Virus record (IMG/VR): IMGVR_UViG_3300045256_000050
Coordinates: 124,001-188,000 of that record
Length of the DNA stretch: 64,000 nt
Direction: 5' to 3' (one strand)
Within the stretch, counting starts at the first letter, position 1, and each line of letters starts with the position of its first letter. Shown here piece after piece: positions 9,117 to 19,049 of this stretch. The position numbers and the translations under genes are program-made. Below the pieces are notes generated by a model. The model saw nothing but the letters and a program-made list of their open reading frames with translations. It had not been told where the DNA came from and did not search any database.

Positions 9117-9467
9117 ATGACTACCACATTACCGACTTGCTACGGCTGTTTCGTTAACCAATCCTGGGTCACGCAACCCATCTATGACAACATCCCCGCC
9201 CCGCAGCAGACCCCGCTGGTTCACCCGCACCCGCTGTTTTTCATGAACTTCGGGGCGAGTCTGACCGAGGAAGAGAAAGAGATCGTCAACCTGCTGGCAC
9301 TGGCGTTCAACAAATTCGTGGCCCTGGGGGAGAAGCACCCGGCCGACGACTCCGAGTTCTGCACGGCGATCCACGATGCGCAGAAGACGGTGGCGATGCG
9401 GGTGGCCCGGCGGTGTAACCCTGATGTTTGGACACAATACCCGCAAGAGAGCGTAGATAACGTATGA
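9117..9467 (+). CDS. Hypothetical protein
   Basis: 116-aa ORF coupled to next gene. Confidence 0.5.
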   Translation: MTTTLPTCYGCFVNQSWVTQPIYDNIPAPQQTPLVHPHPLFFMNFGASLTEEEKEIVNLLALAFNKFVALGEKHPADDSEFCTAIHDAQKTVAMRVARRCNPDVWTQYPQESVDNV

Positions 9468-10486
9468 CCGAGAAATTAGCCAATAACGCCCAAACCACCC
9501 TCGTCGATGCGATCAACAACACCGATAACCCGGCCGTGTTTAACGTGGCCGTGGCTGATCGTTTTCCGTCGAGCGGGAACTTCCGTGTCATCATTGAAGG
9601 GGAAATCCTCCTGGTGACGGGTGTGAGCGGCAACCAGTTCACCGCCACCCGTGCCCAAGAAGGGACCGAGATCGCATCCCACGCTGCGGGGACGAAGATC
9701 ACTCACATCCTGACGGCCGGTGGCGCTCAGCAGTTCGTGGACGACCGCATCCTTCTTAGCGTTCCGTCGCAGACCGGGAACAACGGCAAGTTCTTGCAGA
9801 CCAACGGCACGACGACTTCGTGGAAGTTCGCCGGGTCACTGGCCGATGTGGTGCCAGATACTCCCGGCCTCTATGACGAGGAGTTCGACGGGACGCTCAA
9901 CACGCTCCCGACGGATTGGTCTTGGGTAGACACAACTGCACCAAGCGGTAGTGATGCGTGGTATGTTAACAAACCTTCCCTTCCAAGTTGGCTGTCGATT
10001 TATGGCGATGGCAGTGGCAATTATTACTTGAAACGAAGTAACTTCACCCCGTCGGGCGACTTCGGTATTTGGTGCAAGGTCATGGTGGGCACTGCCGTGG
10101 ACTCTGTGCGATGTGACTTCCGCATGTATGTCTACAACTCTGGTCGGTCGCAGGGCAGGGCTGTGGAAGTGTATCCACCCCAAAACGACCCTCGGGTGCG
10201 AGCGTTAACAACAAACGGCGGTGAATCAGCATGGTCGTCTGGTGCCGGTTACACAGTCGGTGCCGCAACCACCATTTACTACCTGGGCCTGACAAGATCG
10301 TCGAGCAACGTGTGGCGTGCTTGGGCAAGTACGAGTGGCATGAGCTACCATCAGATTGCCGCACCCGAATCCCACAGCTTCACTCCCGACCACATTCTTT
10401 TCAGCTTTAATACCTATACCATGAAGTGTTTGCTCGGCCTTGATTGGTTGAGGTATCGTAGCGATTTGGATTTCCCGGTTCACTAA
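9464..10486 (+). CDS. Tail fibre/receptor-binding-like protein, paralog A
   Basis: N-domain ANNAQTTL...EILLVT...RAQEGT...HILTAGG; fibre linker PSQTGNNGKFLQTNGTTTSW; beta-rich C-domain. Confidence 0.65.
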   Translation: MTEKLANNAQTTLVDAINNTDNPAVFNVAVADRFPSSGNFRVIIEGEILLVTGVSGNQFTATRAQEGTEIASHAAGTKITHILTAGGAQQFVDDRILLSVPSQTGNNGKFLQTNGTTTSWKFAGSLADVVPDTPGLYDEEFDGTLNTLPTDWSWVDTTAPSGSDAWYVNKPSLPSWLSIYGDGSGNYYLKRSNFTPSGDFGIWCKVMVGTAVDSVRCDFRMYVYNSGRSQGRAVEVYPPQNDPRVRALTTNGGESAWSSGAGYTVGAATTIYYLGLTRSSSNVWRAWASTSGMSYHQIAAPESHSFTPDHILFSFNTYTMKCLLGLDWLRYRSDLDFPVH

Positions 10487-11331
10487 TGAGTAACAACGAC
10501 GTGCTGGTGAAGTGGACCGGCAGCAAGCGGATTCAAGCCCCGAAGATTGTTGAACACTTCCCCGATGAGATCGACACCTACTACGAACCCTTCCTCGGTG
10601 GGGCGTCGGTCTTCTATTGCCTCGCCAACTCCGGCAAGAAGGTGAAGAAGTACGTCCTCAGTGACATCAACGCCTCCCTGATCGGCATCTACAAGCTCGT
10701 GGCCTCCGACCCGGATTCATTGATGGCGGACTACACAACCCGGTGGACGGAGTTGAAGAAGCAGGGGCAGGATTACTACTACGCCACCCGCACCGAGTTC
10801 AACAAGGACAAAGACCCGAAGAAGTTCTTCTTCCTTTTGCGGACCTGCCGCAACGGACTGGTTCGCCACAACAAGAAGGGCGAGTTCAACAGCGGCTTCC
10901 ACCAGAAGCGGGACGGCATGGTCCCAGCCACGCTCCAGAAAACCGTCAATTCCTGGCACAAGGCGTTCACTGAGAACAACGTCGAGATCAAGGTTGCGAG
11001 CTACGATCACGTCGTAACCACTGAAGGGGACTTGCTTTACATTGATCCGCCCTATGTCACCCCGGAAAACAGTTGGGCATATTTCGGAATGATTGATTTG
11101 GAGCGGATGTACGAGTGGTTACGAAATTCCCCAGGAAAACTCATATTTTCATTTAACGGTTTTAAGGACGGAATTGATTGCAGAATAAATATCCCTGGCG
11201 ACATCTACGACCGTGAGGTTCTGGTCTACAACGGGTTGAACAAGTTCGACCAATTGGCGACGAAAGCGAAGGTCATAGCGAAGGATGCACTCTACATTCG
11301 GGATGTCAGGAAAGGAGATAATTCTGCGTAA
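10486..11331 (+). CDS. dam: DNA adenine methyltransferase (Dam/D12 class)
   Basis: KWTGSK, YYEPFLGGASV (motif I), YIDPPY (motif IV). Confidence 0.9.
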   Translation: MSNNDVLVKWTGSKRIQAPKIVEHFPDEIDTYYEPFLGGASVFYCLANSGKKVKKYVLSDINASLIGIYKLVASDPDSLMADYTTRWTELKKQGQDYYYATRTEFNKDKDPKKFFFLLRTCRNGLVRHNKKGEFNSGFHQKRDGMVPATLQKTVNSWHKAFTENNVEIKVASYDHVVTTEGDLLYIDPPYVTPENSWAYFGMIDLERMYEWLRNSPGKLIFSFNGFKDGIDCRINIPGDIYDREVLVYNGLNKFDQLATKAKVIAKDALYIRDVRKGDNSA

Positions 11332-11339
11332 ATAGGGGA

Positions 11340-11625
11340 TCAGAGAGGATTCAGAAATATGTCATCAACTTCCGTTACGGGCGTCGGCCAGGGGGCAATG
11401 CGGCCTCGATCACGGCCTTCACGACCGAAGTGATGACCGCTCTGAACACACTTTCAACGGTGGTGTTCAATAACAGCGGTTCTCTCTGGTTTTGTCCGAG
11501 TTCGTGGTATAATCGTGAACGGGGCGACCCCAGGTACGGTGCAACTCCGGTTCGCCTCCGTTACCAACGGCCAGACCAGCACCATCCAGACGAACTCGTT
11601 CGTCAACTCGACTCGTCGAGCCTAA
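11340..11625 (+). pseudogene. Possible frameshifted remnant of a structural-protein C-terminal domain
   Basis: Protein-like text AASITAFTTEVMTALNTL in one frame continues as GFVRVRGIIVNGATPGTVQLRFASVTNGQTSTIQTNSFVNSTRRA* in another; no clear start. Confidence 0.3.
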
Positions 11626-11637
11626 AGAAAGGATAAC

Positions 11638-12357
11638 ATGAAGAAGTTCCTCGCTGTAGTCCTTCTCGCCCTGAGTGTTTCGACGCTCAGGGCCGAAGAC
11701 CCCTACAAACTCACCGACCAGGGCGATTACGAGAAGTCGGATGTTTTACTGAAGCAAATCCAGCCGAACTCGGACGAGTTCGCCAAGTACGCCTTCTACC
11801 GGGGCGTCAACGCCTTCGCCATGAACAACAAGGACGAGGCGAAGAAGTGGCTAGAGTTGGTGTTCGACTCGTTCGACAAAAACATCCCGACCCGCTACAA
11901 GAACACGGCGGGCATGATGTTGTACGACCTGGAGAACTGGAAGAAGGATGACCTGGGCGACATCGGCCGGGACATGGGCATTTCGGGCAACAAGTTGAAG
12001 AACAACTACGCCGGGGAGAAGACCCAACACGTCCAGAAGGAGATCGTCAACAAGCTCGACAAGATGATTAAGGAATTGGAGAACAAGGGCAAGGGCGGCG
12101 ACGGTCAGGCCAACGGGAAAGACTCGTTGCCGGGGCCGGGCGGGCAGGGACAACCGGCCCAGGACTCACACGTCATGGGTGGGTCGGGAGCGGGCAAGGT
12201 GGACGAGAAGAAGCTGCGTCAGGTGGCCGAGAATTGGGGGACGCTGCCTCCGGCTCGGCGGGCCGAGATTATTCAAGAGATCACCCGTGATCTTCCGCCA
12301 AAGTACAAGCCGATGATTGACGAGTATTTCAAAGCTCTCAACAGGACTCATAAATAA
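11638..12357 (+). CDS. Exported protein with signal peptide and C-terminal WGxLP...YF motif
   Basis: MKKFLAVVLLALSVSTLRA signal; TPR-like helices; ENWGTLPPARRAEIIQEITRDLPPKYKPMIDEYFKAL. Confidence 0.7.
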   Translation: MKKFLAVVLLALSVSTLRAEDPYKLTDQGDYEKSDVLLKQIQPNSDEFAKYAFYRGVNAFAMNNKDEAKKWLELVFDSFDKNIPTRYKNTAGMMLYDLENWKKDDLGDIGRDMGISGNKLKNNYAGEKTQHVQKEIVNKLDKMIKELENKGKGGDGQANGKDSLPGPGGQGQPAQDSHVMGGSGAGKVDEKKLRQVAENWGTLPPARRAEIIQEITRDLPPKYKPMIDEYFKALNRTHK

Positions 12358-12360
12358 AGT

Positions 12361-13323
12361 ATGTCTATTGAGCAGTATGCAAACAACGCCTCTACGACCC
12401 TGAACGGGTCCATCACGAGCGGAGCGACTTCCATCACTGTGTCGGGGTACAGCACGTTCCCGTCCTCGACACAATTCCGCATCAAGATTGATAACGAGAT
12501 CATGATCGTGACAGGCGGGGCGGGGACGACCACCTGGACTGTCACTCGTGGGGTTGAGGGTACAACCGCCCGGAGTCACGCCGACGGGGCGGTTGTAAAA
12601 CACATCCTGACGGCTGGCGGGCTGGTTCAGACTTTCGAGGACCGGATCAACTCTGGCTTGTTGGCTAACCGACCGACGGCTGGTACGCCGAAGCGGGTTT
12701 ACATTGCTCGTGACGGACGTGGCATTGATGTGGACGACGGATCGGTATGGAACACTCTGACCGGCCTTGCTTACTCGAAACCCCCGGTTCTTGCCAACTT
12801 CTCTTGGGTCAACCAGGGAACTGCGACGGCCACGCAGACCAATCACGGCATTGATTTCTTTATGCCGAACTCTGGGAGCGACCAGTTACGGTACTTGGCG
12901 AAAGCTCCTTCGACCACGCCGATTGACGTGACGATTAGCTTCCAGTCGTTGTTGAGCTTGAACAACTTCAACGCAGCCGGAATGTTTTTATTCAATAGCG
13001 GTGGCGCTCTGGTTATGAGCTACATGCAGGAGTTCAATAACACGGTTACTTACAAGAGATGGAATAGCGTTACCAGCTTCAACTCAGAGCCAAACGGTGC
13101 GGTGCGTGGTATTTCCTTCGGTGCCCAGATGTACCTGAGATACCAAGAAGACTTAACGACTCGTTACTTTAAGGTTTCGATTGACAATAACAACTGGTTG
13201 ACACTGCATTCCGAGAGTAACACAACATTCCTGACGGTGGATAGAATCGCCATTGGCATGCAGATGAACAGTGCTGGCGGAAACACGGCGTTCGCCAAGT
13301 TTGTCCACTTCGAAGAGAGATAA
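12361..13323 (+). CDS. Tail fibre/receptor-binding-like protein, paralog B
   Basis: Same N-domain as 9464 (ANNASTTL...EIMIVT...RGVEGT...HILTAGG), different C-domain. Confidence 0.65.
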   Translation: MSIEQYANNASTTLNGSITSGATSITVSGYSTFPSSTQFRIKIDNEIMIVTGGAGTTTWTVTRGVEGTTARSHADGAVVKHILTAGGLVQTFEDRINSGLLANRPTAGTPKRVYIARDGRGIDVDDGSVWNTLTGLAYSKPPVLANFSWVNQGTATATQTNHGIDFFMPNSGSDQLRYLAKAPSTTPIDVTISFQSLLSLNNFNAAGMFLFNSGGALVMSYMQEFNNTVTYKRWNSVTSFNSEPNGAVRGISFGAQMYLRYQEDLTTRYFKVSIDNNNWLTLHSESNTTFLTVDRIAIGMQMNSAGGNTAFAKFVHFEER

Positions 13324-13363
13324 AAAACACCCACGGAGAGCAAGGCGTGTGTCTCCGTGGGTG
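13322..13363. terminator. Hairpin between convergent genes
   Basis: CACCCACGGAGA...TCTCCGTGGGTG, T-run on minus strand. Confidence 0.65.
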
Positions 13364-13384
13364 CAAACCCAACTCGTGTTGAGT

Positions 13385-14299
13385 TTAGTCCATCGTGATC
13401 GGCAGCGGATCACCGTACCGGGTGATAAGCTGTTCCTCCCACTTCTGTTTCAGTTCCCAGCCCTTGTCTTTCATGTACTGGCCGTCGTTCTGCACGCCGC
13501 CCTGGATGCCAGGAATCTGCGTGTACTTACCCCGGATGTGACCGAGGATAATCATGGCGTGGGCCAGTGCGCCTTCACGGAGGGCTTGGTTGGCGTCTTT
13601 CCAGTCTTTACACTTCTGTAGGTAGTGAACCATGACCCGGCTGCACCGGCACGGGGTCGGGTACAGCTTGACGTAGCCCATGTCGCTGATCCACTCCCAG
13701 CCGCCGATGTTACTCGACACACGGCTGTACATCTGCTCGTATTGCTTGTAGAGAACCCATTCGCCCATACGGCCCCAGATCGGTTGGATCGGGTCGATGA
13801 GGCCACCCTGGATGGAGGCGTAGGCACCACCTGGGTAGAAGTATTCGACCGGAATAGCACCGTCCAAGTCGGACGCCTGGAAGGCGAAGGTGCCCTGTTC
13901 CTTGTAAAACACGTTGCGGATGATGCCCACGTCGTCCGGCATCTTGTAGACGGACTTACCGGCGGTTGTGTTGAAGACGTAGTAGTCGAAGAACTCCCGT
14001 GGGGCGTAGTCTTCGTAAATGTCGAACGCCTCGTCGATTGCGCAGTCCAAACCCTGTTCGTCCAACTCGATTTTCACGACCGGGGCACCGAGCTTCAGCA
14101 ATACATAATCCCGAAGCTTCTGGCGGGTTTCCTCCCGATACTTTCTTTTACTGAGGTTACGCTTGCCCGTGAAGGCGGTGCAGGAGCCGCCGTTGCCGCA
14201 AACCGTCGTGGCCGTAGCCTTTTCGCCGGTGGCACATGCCTTGTCAAAGCTCGCCTGGGACGGGCGACCGATGTTCATACTTCCTGATCCACAAGCCAT
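13385..14299 (-). CDS. g13: Neck protein gp13-like, with Cys-rich N-terminal extension
   Basis: KLRDYVLLKLGAPVVKIELDEQGLDCAIDEAFDIY matches the gp13 N-terminal pattern. Confidence 0.8.
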   Translation of the reverse strand: MACGSGSMNIGRPSQASFDKACATGEKATATTVCGNGGSCTAFTGKRNLSKRKYREETRQKLRDYVLLKLGAPVVKIELDEQGLDCAIDEAFDIYEDYAPREFFDYYVFNTTAGKSVYKMPDDVGIIRNVFYKEQGTFAFQASDLDGAIPVEYFYPGGAYASIQGGLIDPIQPIWGRMGEWVLYKQYEQMYSRVSSNIGGWEWISDMGYVKLYPTPCRCSRVMVHYLQKCKDWKDANQALREGALAHAMIILGHIRGKYTQIPGIQGGVQNDGQYMKDKGWELKQKWEEQLITRYGDPLPITMD

Positions 14300-14361
14300 G
14301 TTGTCTCCTCCAGATTTCGATGGTTCTGTCCCATATATACGTTAAGTTCGAGAGGGAAATA

Positions 14362-17300
14362 ATGCAAAGATTCAGCGATTACGTTAACAAGCGGCAGTTC
14401 AACTTGGTCGAATTCATGTTGGACGAAGGCGAAGGCCAGCAGTTCGGCGGGCAGCGATTCCCGATTCCGCTGAATCTCGCCATGTTGTTGTCATTGGTGC
14501 CGGGTGGCCCGAACATGCAGGGTCAGGCGTTGAAGTACATCATGACCGATGCCCTCTACCGGGCGGCGAAGGGTCGTCAGCAGATCGCCAAGCAGATGTC
14601 CGAGGATTTGGGCCGGGAGGTTAAGGAATACGAAGTGTTCTCCCCGGACATCCACGAGAAAGACCCCAACGTCAAGTTCCTTTGGGACCAGTACCAGAAG
14701 GAGTACGAGGACAAGTACGAGCCGAAGTACATCCGCCTGGATTACGGCGGCAACATCGGCGACGTGATGATCTCGATCCCGAAGCTGAACGGGGTTTTAC
14801 AACAACACGGCCTGCCGCCGGTTCAGTTCGGTGGCCCGCACGGTCTGGTGGAACTGATGGAATCCGGCCGTGGCTGGGCGAAGGGTAAGCCGTCGCTCCT
14901 CCCGGCCCACGGCGAGGGTGCGCACCACGAACGTAACGGTATCGACCTGTCCCACCCGAGACTTCACCGCTACGCCGACAAGCCGAACGAGCCTCGGGTG
15001 GCGTTCGGCTTCAGCCCGAACATGGACGCCGACAAGCGTGGCTTCCGTGAGCCGGGCTGGGAACCGTCCATTAACACAACCTACTACACCCGCCGTATGC
15101 ACCAGTGGCTCAGCCGCATGAGTGCGAAGGCAGAGCAACTGATGTCGGGCATCCCGGACGACGATCCGCAGAAAGAGCAACTTGCTCAAATCTTCGGTTC
15201 GATTGCGAAGGGCATGACCAAATCCAACACGTCGCTCCCGGACAAGACGTTCGGTCAGGGCGGTGGTGAGGTTGGGTTCGACGACATGCAGGGATACGAG
15301 GCCATTAAGAAGAAGGTGCGGGCGGCGTTCGACGCATTCAACGCAATGCCGCAAGAGGACCGCCAACTGGCCGGTGTGCCGTTGCGTCAGGCGTCCGAGG
15401 ACGAAATCAAGTCCATGATGAACAAGATTTTCCCGATGGTGGATGACGGGACGGGCAACCTCGTCCCGGCGACCGACCAGGACGGGAATATGATTGTACG
15501 TCAACAGGTTTCCGGCTTCGGCCCGTTCAACGACGCCGGGAAGGGCGGCAGCAAGATTCTGGTTAGCTCGCTGCTCAACTGGCTGCACCACAAGAAGATT
15601 AAGACGCCGAAGGGCGGCGACGATGCGGCCAACCCGGAGCGTGGCGACTTCAACCCTTACACCCTGCGGCAAGACCTGCCGGGCATGGACGACGTGTTCG
15701 AGAAGCCGAAGACCACGCAGAAGGTCTTGGGGCCGAACCTGAGCCACGACATTCTGAAACACGACTACGACGGCTACTTCCCGATGGACGACACGGAAGG
15801 CGACGTTGAAAGCAAAATCGCCATGAAGAAGCCGTTCTACCTGACGAACGGTGAGGACGAGATTGCGTTCCGCTTTGACAAGGAATCCGGGAACTGGATT
15901 GCAAGTCAAATGGCGGGCGGCGGCGACCCACACAGCGAGTTCCAGAAGTGGCGTCATCAGTCGATTGGGGCTGACCCGAAGAAGAAGGTGGGCGGGCGTA
16001 AGCCGCTCGAACCGTCGCCGGTCATCCTGCCGGGTAACGACCAGATGGGCTTCATCCGGCCGCACAACTTCGACCACATCCCGGTGTACGGTAAGAGTCG
16101 GCAGAAGTTGCTCGCCATGTGGGACAAGTTCGCCGCTGCAACGGGCGGCGACCGGGCCGAAGAAGCTGACATTGTGAAACGCAGTGCTGCGTCCCAGGTT
16201 AAGGGGCGTGGTGGCGAAACCGACTTCGACACCTACAAGGACGAGGCCGGGGACGCCTTTGAGGCGTTCGAGAAGTTGCTTGGCTCGCCGAAGTTCTTCT
16301 TCGGTGAACTCGGCCGTCACTTCGCCGCCCTGTTGGCTAAGAACAACTTCGACCCGCACGAGGCGATGGCGATCTCCAAGAAGGTCGAAGAGATGTTGAA
16401 CAAAGGAGAGCTTCCGTCGCCGGAGGCTCTGTCGGACGAGTTCGGCCCGGAAGGCAAGAACATTTACAACCTGCTGTTGCAGAACGGCAAGGGTTGGCGT
16501 ATCGGTGCGGCCACAGCTTTGCTGGCTGGTAACATCGCCCACGTCAAGAAGGTGCGTGGCAAGGAGCGGACCGGAGTCGGTTCGACGAACAAGGAAGGCG
16601 AACAGTCCGACGTGATGGCTAACGCCGGTGAAGACGCCGCTGCTAAGCGTCACGCTATGGGCCAGGACACGACTGCGGCAATCAGCGGTAAATTGAACCG
16701 GACCTTCTCCGGCCGTTCGACGTTGAGCGGCGGACAGGCTGATTTGAGTAAGGCGGCTGGTCACGTCGGCCAGTCTGCCGTGTACAAGTCCGAAGGGGAG
16801 CGGGAAGTCGGACCGACCAACAAGCCGACCTTCGACGAGTTCTACGGCAAGTTCTTCACTGCGTACAAGGGGATGTTCCGGCCCAACGACGTTGAGTCGT
16901 TGTGGCAAATCAATGGTCACATCAACAAGTTGCAGAACAGCCACCCGAACGGGGAGGTTATCCGGGCTGCCGGTAACGCCGCCGTCATGGACGTTCTCCA
17001 CGATGTTATCAAAGACTATGCCGCCTCCATCAAGCAGGACGACTCGAAGCGGGCACTGGCCCAGATTCTTTTCAACCTGTTCGCCAACCCGGACGGCGGG
17101 CTGAAGGAAATCTTGACTAGCGACGAGGAAGAAGAAAGCTCGGTCGATACCGGGCCGCTGATTCGCCAGATTCAGCCGCTCCTGGGTCACGACAAGCAGA
17201 TGAAGGTGTACTTCGACGCCTTGAAGGACGGCAAGTCGCTGGAGAGCATCCCGCCTGTCGAAGAGAAGCCACAGAAGGGGTTGAGCGTGGTCGGCACGCC

Positions 17301-17727
17301 GACTGCGGCTGCACCGAAGCCGACGTTCGGCGGTACGAGCGGTGGTGGTATGACCACCACGTCGCAACAGCCGGTGACGTTCCAGTTCAACGGCCGCACC
17401 TGGACGCCGGAGACGTTCAAGGCTCAGGTCTTGGACTTCCTCGAACCGGAAGACATCCACACGGAGTTGCCGCCGCAGTCGTGGTCGCAGTTCCCGGAGC
17501 CGGTTCGTCGGATGATCCAGGCTAAGGCCGGGCAGCAGAACTTGGCGAAGGCGGAATCGCTGCTCACCATCGACCAGTTCCTTACTATGCTAAGGGAAAC
17601 CGATGCGATCTTCGACGGGAGTAAGCCGACGACCTTCAACTGGTGGGGTGCCGTGGGCGACCCGCTCGGCAAGGTGATCGACGGCGACGTGCCCGTAAAG
17701 AAGAAAAAGAAGCATGCCCGAAAGTAA
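14362..17727 (+). CDS. Large (1121 aa) hypothetical protein, candidate internal/ejected virion protein
   Basis: GAGGG RBS; N-terminus MQRFSDYVNKR; TATATA upstream; strong codon bias. Confidence 0.75.
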   Translation: MQRFSDYVNKRQFNLVEFMLDEGEGQQFGGQRFPIPLNLAMLLSLVPGGPNMQGQALKYIMTDALYRAAKGRQQIAKQMSEDLGREVKEYEVFSPDIHEKDPNVKFLWDQYQKEYEDKYEPKYIRLDYGGNIGDVMISIPKLNGVLQQHGLPPVQFGGPHGLVELMESGRGWAKGKPSLLPAHGEGAHHERNGIDLSHPRLHRYADKPNEPRVAFGFSPNMDADKRGFREPGWEPSINTTYYTRRMHQWLSRMSAKAEQLMSGIPDDDPQKEQLAQIFGSIAKGMTKSNTSLPDKTFGQGGGEVGFDDMQGYEAIKKKVRAAFDAFNAMPQEDRQLAGVPLRQASEDEIKSMMNKIFPMVDDGTGNLVPATDQDGNMIVRQQVSGFGPFNDAGKGGSKILVSSLLNWLHHKKIKTPKGGDDAANPERGDFNPYTLRQDLPGMDDVFEKPKTTQKVLGPNLSHDILKHDYDGYFPMDDTEGDVESKIAMKKPFYLTNGEDEIAFRFDKESGNWIASQMAGGGDPHSEFQKWRHQSIGADPKKKVGGRKPLEPSPVILPGNDQMGFIRPHNFDHIPVYGKSRQKLLAMWDKFAAATGGDRAEEADIVKRSAASQVKGRGGETDFDTYKDEAGDAFEAFEKLLGSPKFFFGELGRHFAALLAKNNFDPHEAMAISKKVEEMLNKGELPSPEALSDEFGPEGKNIYNLLLQNGKGWRIGAATALLAGNIAHVKKVRGKERTGVGSTNKEGEQSDVMANAGEDAAAKRHAMGQDTTAAISGKLNRTFSGRSTLSGGQADLSKAAGHVGQSAVYKSEGEREVGPTNKPTFDEFYGKFFTAYKGMFRPNDVESLWQINGHINKLQNSHPNGEVIRAAGNAAVMDVLHDVIKDYAASIKQDDSKRALAQILFNLFANPDGGLKEILTSDEEEESSVDTGPLIRQIQPLLGHDKQMKVYFDALKDGKSLESIPPVEEKPQKGLSVVGTPTAAAPKPTFGGTSGGGMTTTSQQPVTFQFNGRTWTPETFKAQVLDFLEPEDIHTELPPQSWSQFPEPVRRMIQAKAGQQNLAKAESLLTIDQFLTMLRETDAIFDGSKPTTFNWWGAVGDPLGKVIDGDVPVKKKKKHARK

Positions 17728-18004
17728 GATGCTCAACTACATGGCGAACCCCCGCTCCTTCACCCTGAAGAAGTGGCTCGCCGAGTTGTTGAAAGAGAAG
17801 TACCCGCCACACGATCAGACCGCTGATCGTGTGGCGACGGCCCTCATCACCGAGAAAGACCTGGAAGCCTTCGGCAAGTTGATCGTCGAGGTTTACGAGA
17901 AGGGTTACTTTAAGGCCGTCTCAGACTACAAAGAGCAGTTCGAAAAGCTTGGCGTGAAGATCAACGTCGTCGCCGAGCGGCCTAATCCGACATGTCAGGG
18001 TTGA
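17714..18004 (+). CDS. Hypothetical protein
   Basis: 96-aa helical ORF overlapping upstream stop. Confidence 0.55.
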   Translation: MPESKMLNYMANPRSFTLKKWLAELLKEKYPPHDQTADRVATALITEKDLEAFGKLIVEVYEKGYFKAVSDYKEQFEKLGVKINVVAERPNPTCQG

Positions 18005-18638
18005 AGTCCGACACGATGGTGGTGACGATGTAGCCGCCTGAGTCGGCCTCCGACTTCTGCACCTGCCACCAACTGCTGTTCCGCTCGACCCCACCCTCGA
18101 ACACGATGGACCCGTTCTCCAACTTCGTCTTAGTCCAAAAGGTGAACATCAAGTCGTTGTTCTCCATCGGCACGCCGTAGAAGCTGAACTTCTTACCGAA
18201 CACCTGTTCCACGCTCTCGTCGCCGTAGAGTTCGTCCACCTTCTTCCGAAGGTGCATGGGCAAACAGGAGTAAGTCTTTTGCCGTAGTTCAATCCGCTCG
18301 TCTACCGTGACGACGGGCTGTTGGATTTCTTCCAATTCGACCCGAGGGCGTGGTTTGACAACCGGGGGTGGCGGCGGGGGCAGCGTGAAGGGTTCCGGTT
18401 CGGGCTTGGGTTCGACCTTCTTGGGCGGCGTGAAGGTGACTTCATTCGGTGAAAGCCGGGACATGAACTCGTCCAAGACCTTCATGGGTGTGACCTGTTG
18501 GTCTTTGTAAACGACTTCTTTCCACTCGCCGAAGTTGAGTAGTTCGACGGAATTGCGGTCCCAGAAGGACTGTTCCTTCATGATCTTGTTCGGGCCTTGC
18601 AGCCGGTACTCGGTGCCGTCACGGTTTTTAATTGGCAT
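17982..18638 (-). CDS. Diverged gp14-like neck paralog with Pro-rich linker
   Basis: MPIKNRDGTEYRLQG vs MPICNPDGTPYQLSG of 19729; VDELYGDE/VDPLYMED, DLMFTF/ELMFEF, NGSIVF/VGSRLF. Confidence 0.5.
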   Translation of the reverse strand: MPIKNRDGTEYRLQGPNKIMKEQSFWDRNSVELLNFGEWKEVVYKDQQVTPMKVLDEFMSRLSPNEVTFTPPKKVEPKPEPEPFTLPPPPPPVVKPRPRVELEEIQQPVVTVDERIELRQKTYSCLPMHLRKKVDELYGDESVEQVFGKKFSFYGVPMENNDLMFTFWTKTKLENGSIVFEGGVERNSSWWQVQKSEADSGGYIVTTIVSDFNPDMSD

Positions 18639-18975
18639 TGTACTTGTAGCTCACTTTCACTTCGGCTTCGCCCCCGAAGTTCAGCCCAGGCGTGGCCTTG
18701 TTGACGATCCTGGCGACCATTGATTGAGACACGCCGAACTTGGCGGCGATGTCCTTCTGGAGCCAGTGTTCCTCGAAGTAGAGGCGGCGGATTTCGGCCT
18801 CTTGTTCTTTATTGAGTTTGTGCGGGCGGTATCCCTTCTTCGTCAACCCGTGGGCACGGATGACCCGACTGAGGGTGGACTTGCTGACGTTGTACTTGGT
18901 GCAGATGTCCTCCCGGCTCATCGTGTTGAGGAGCTTCTGCACTTCGTCTTTGGTTAACGCCTTGAGGGTTCGCAT
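18628..18975 (-). CDS. Tandem helix-turn-helix DNA-binding protein
   Basis: SREDICTKYNVSKSTLSRVIR and LQKDIAAKFGVSQSMVARIVN. Confidence 0.75.
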   Translation of the reverse strand: MRTLKALTKDEVQKLLNTMSREDICTKYNVSKSTLSRVIRAHGLTKKGYRPHKLNKEQEAEIRRLYFEEHWLQKDIAAKFGVSQSMVARIVNKATPGLNFGGEAEVKVSYKYNAN

Positions 18976-19049
18976 TTTAGAACTTTGCCAGCCGGAAAAT
19001 ACTTTGTCACTGTTATATATGGGGAGAAGGTCTAAGTTAAGGAGCAAGC

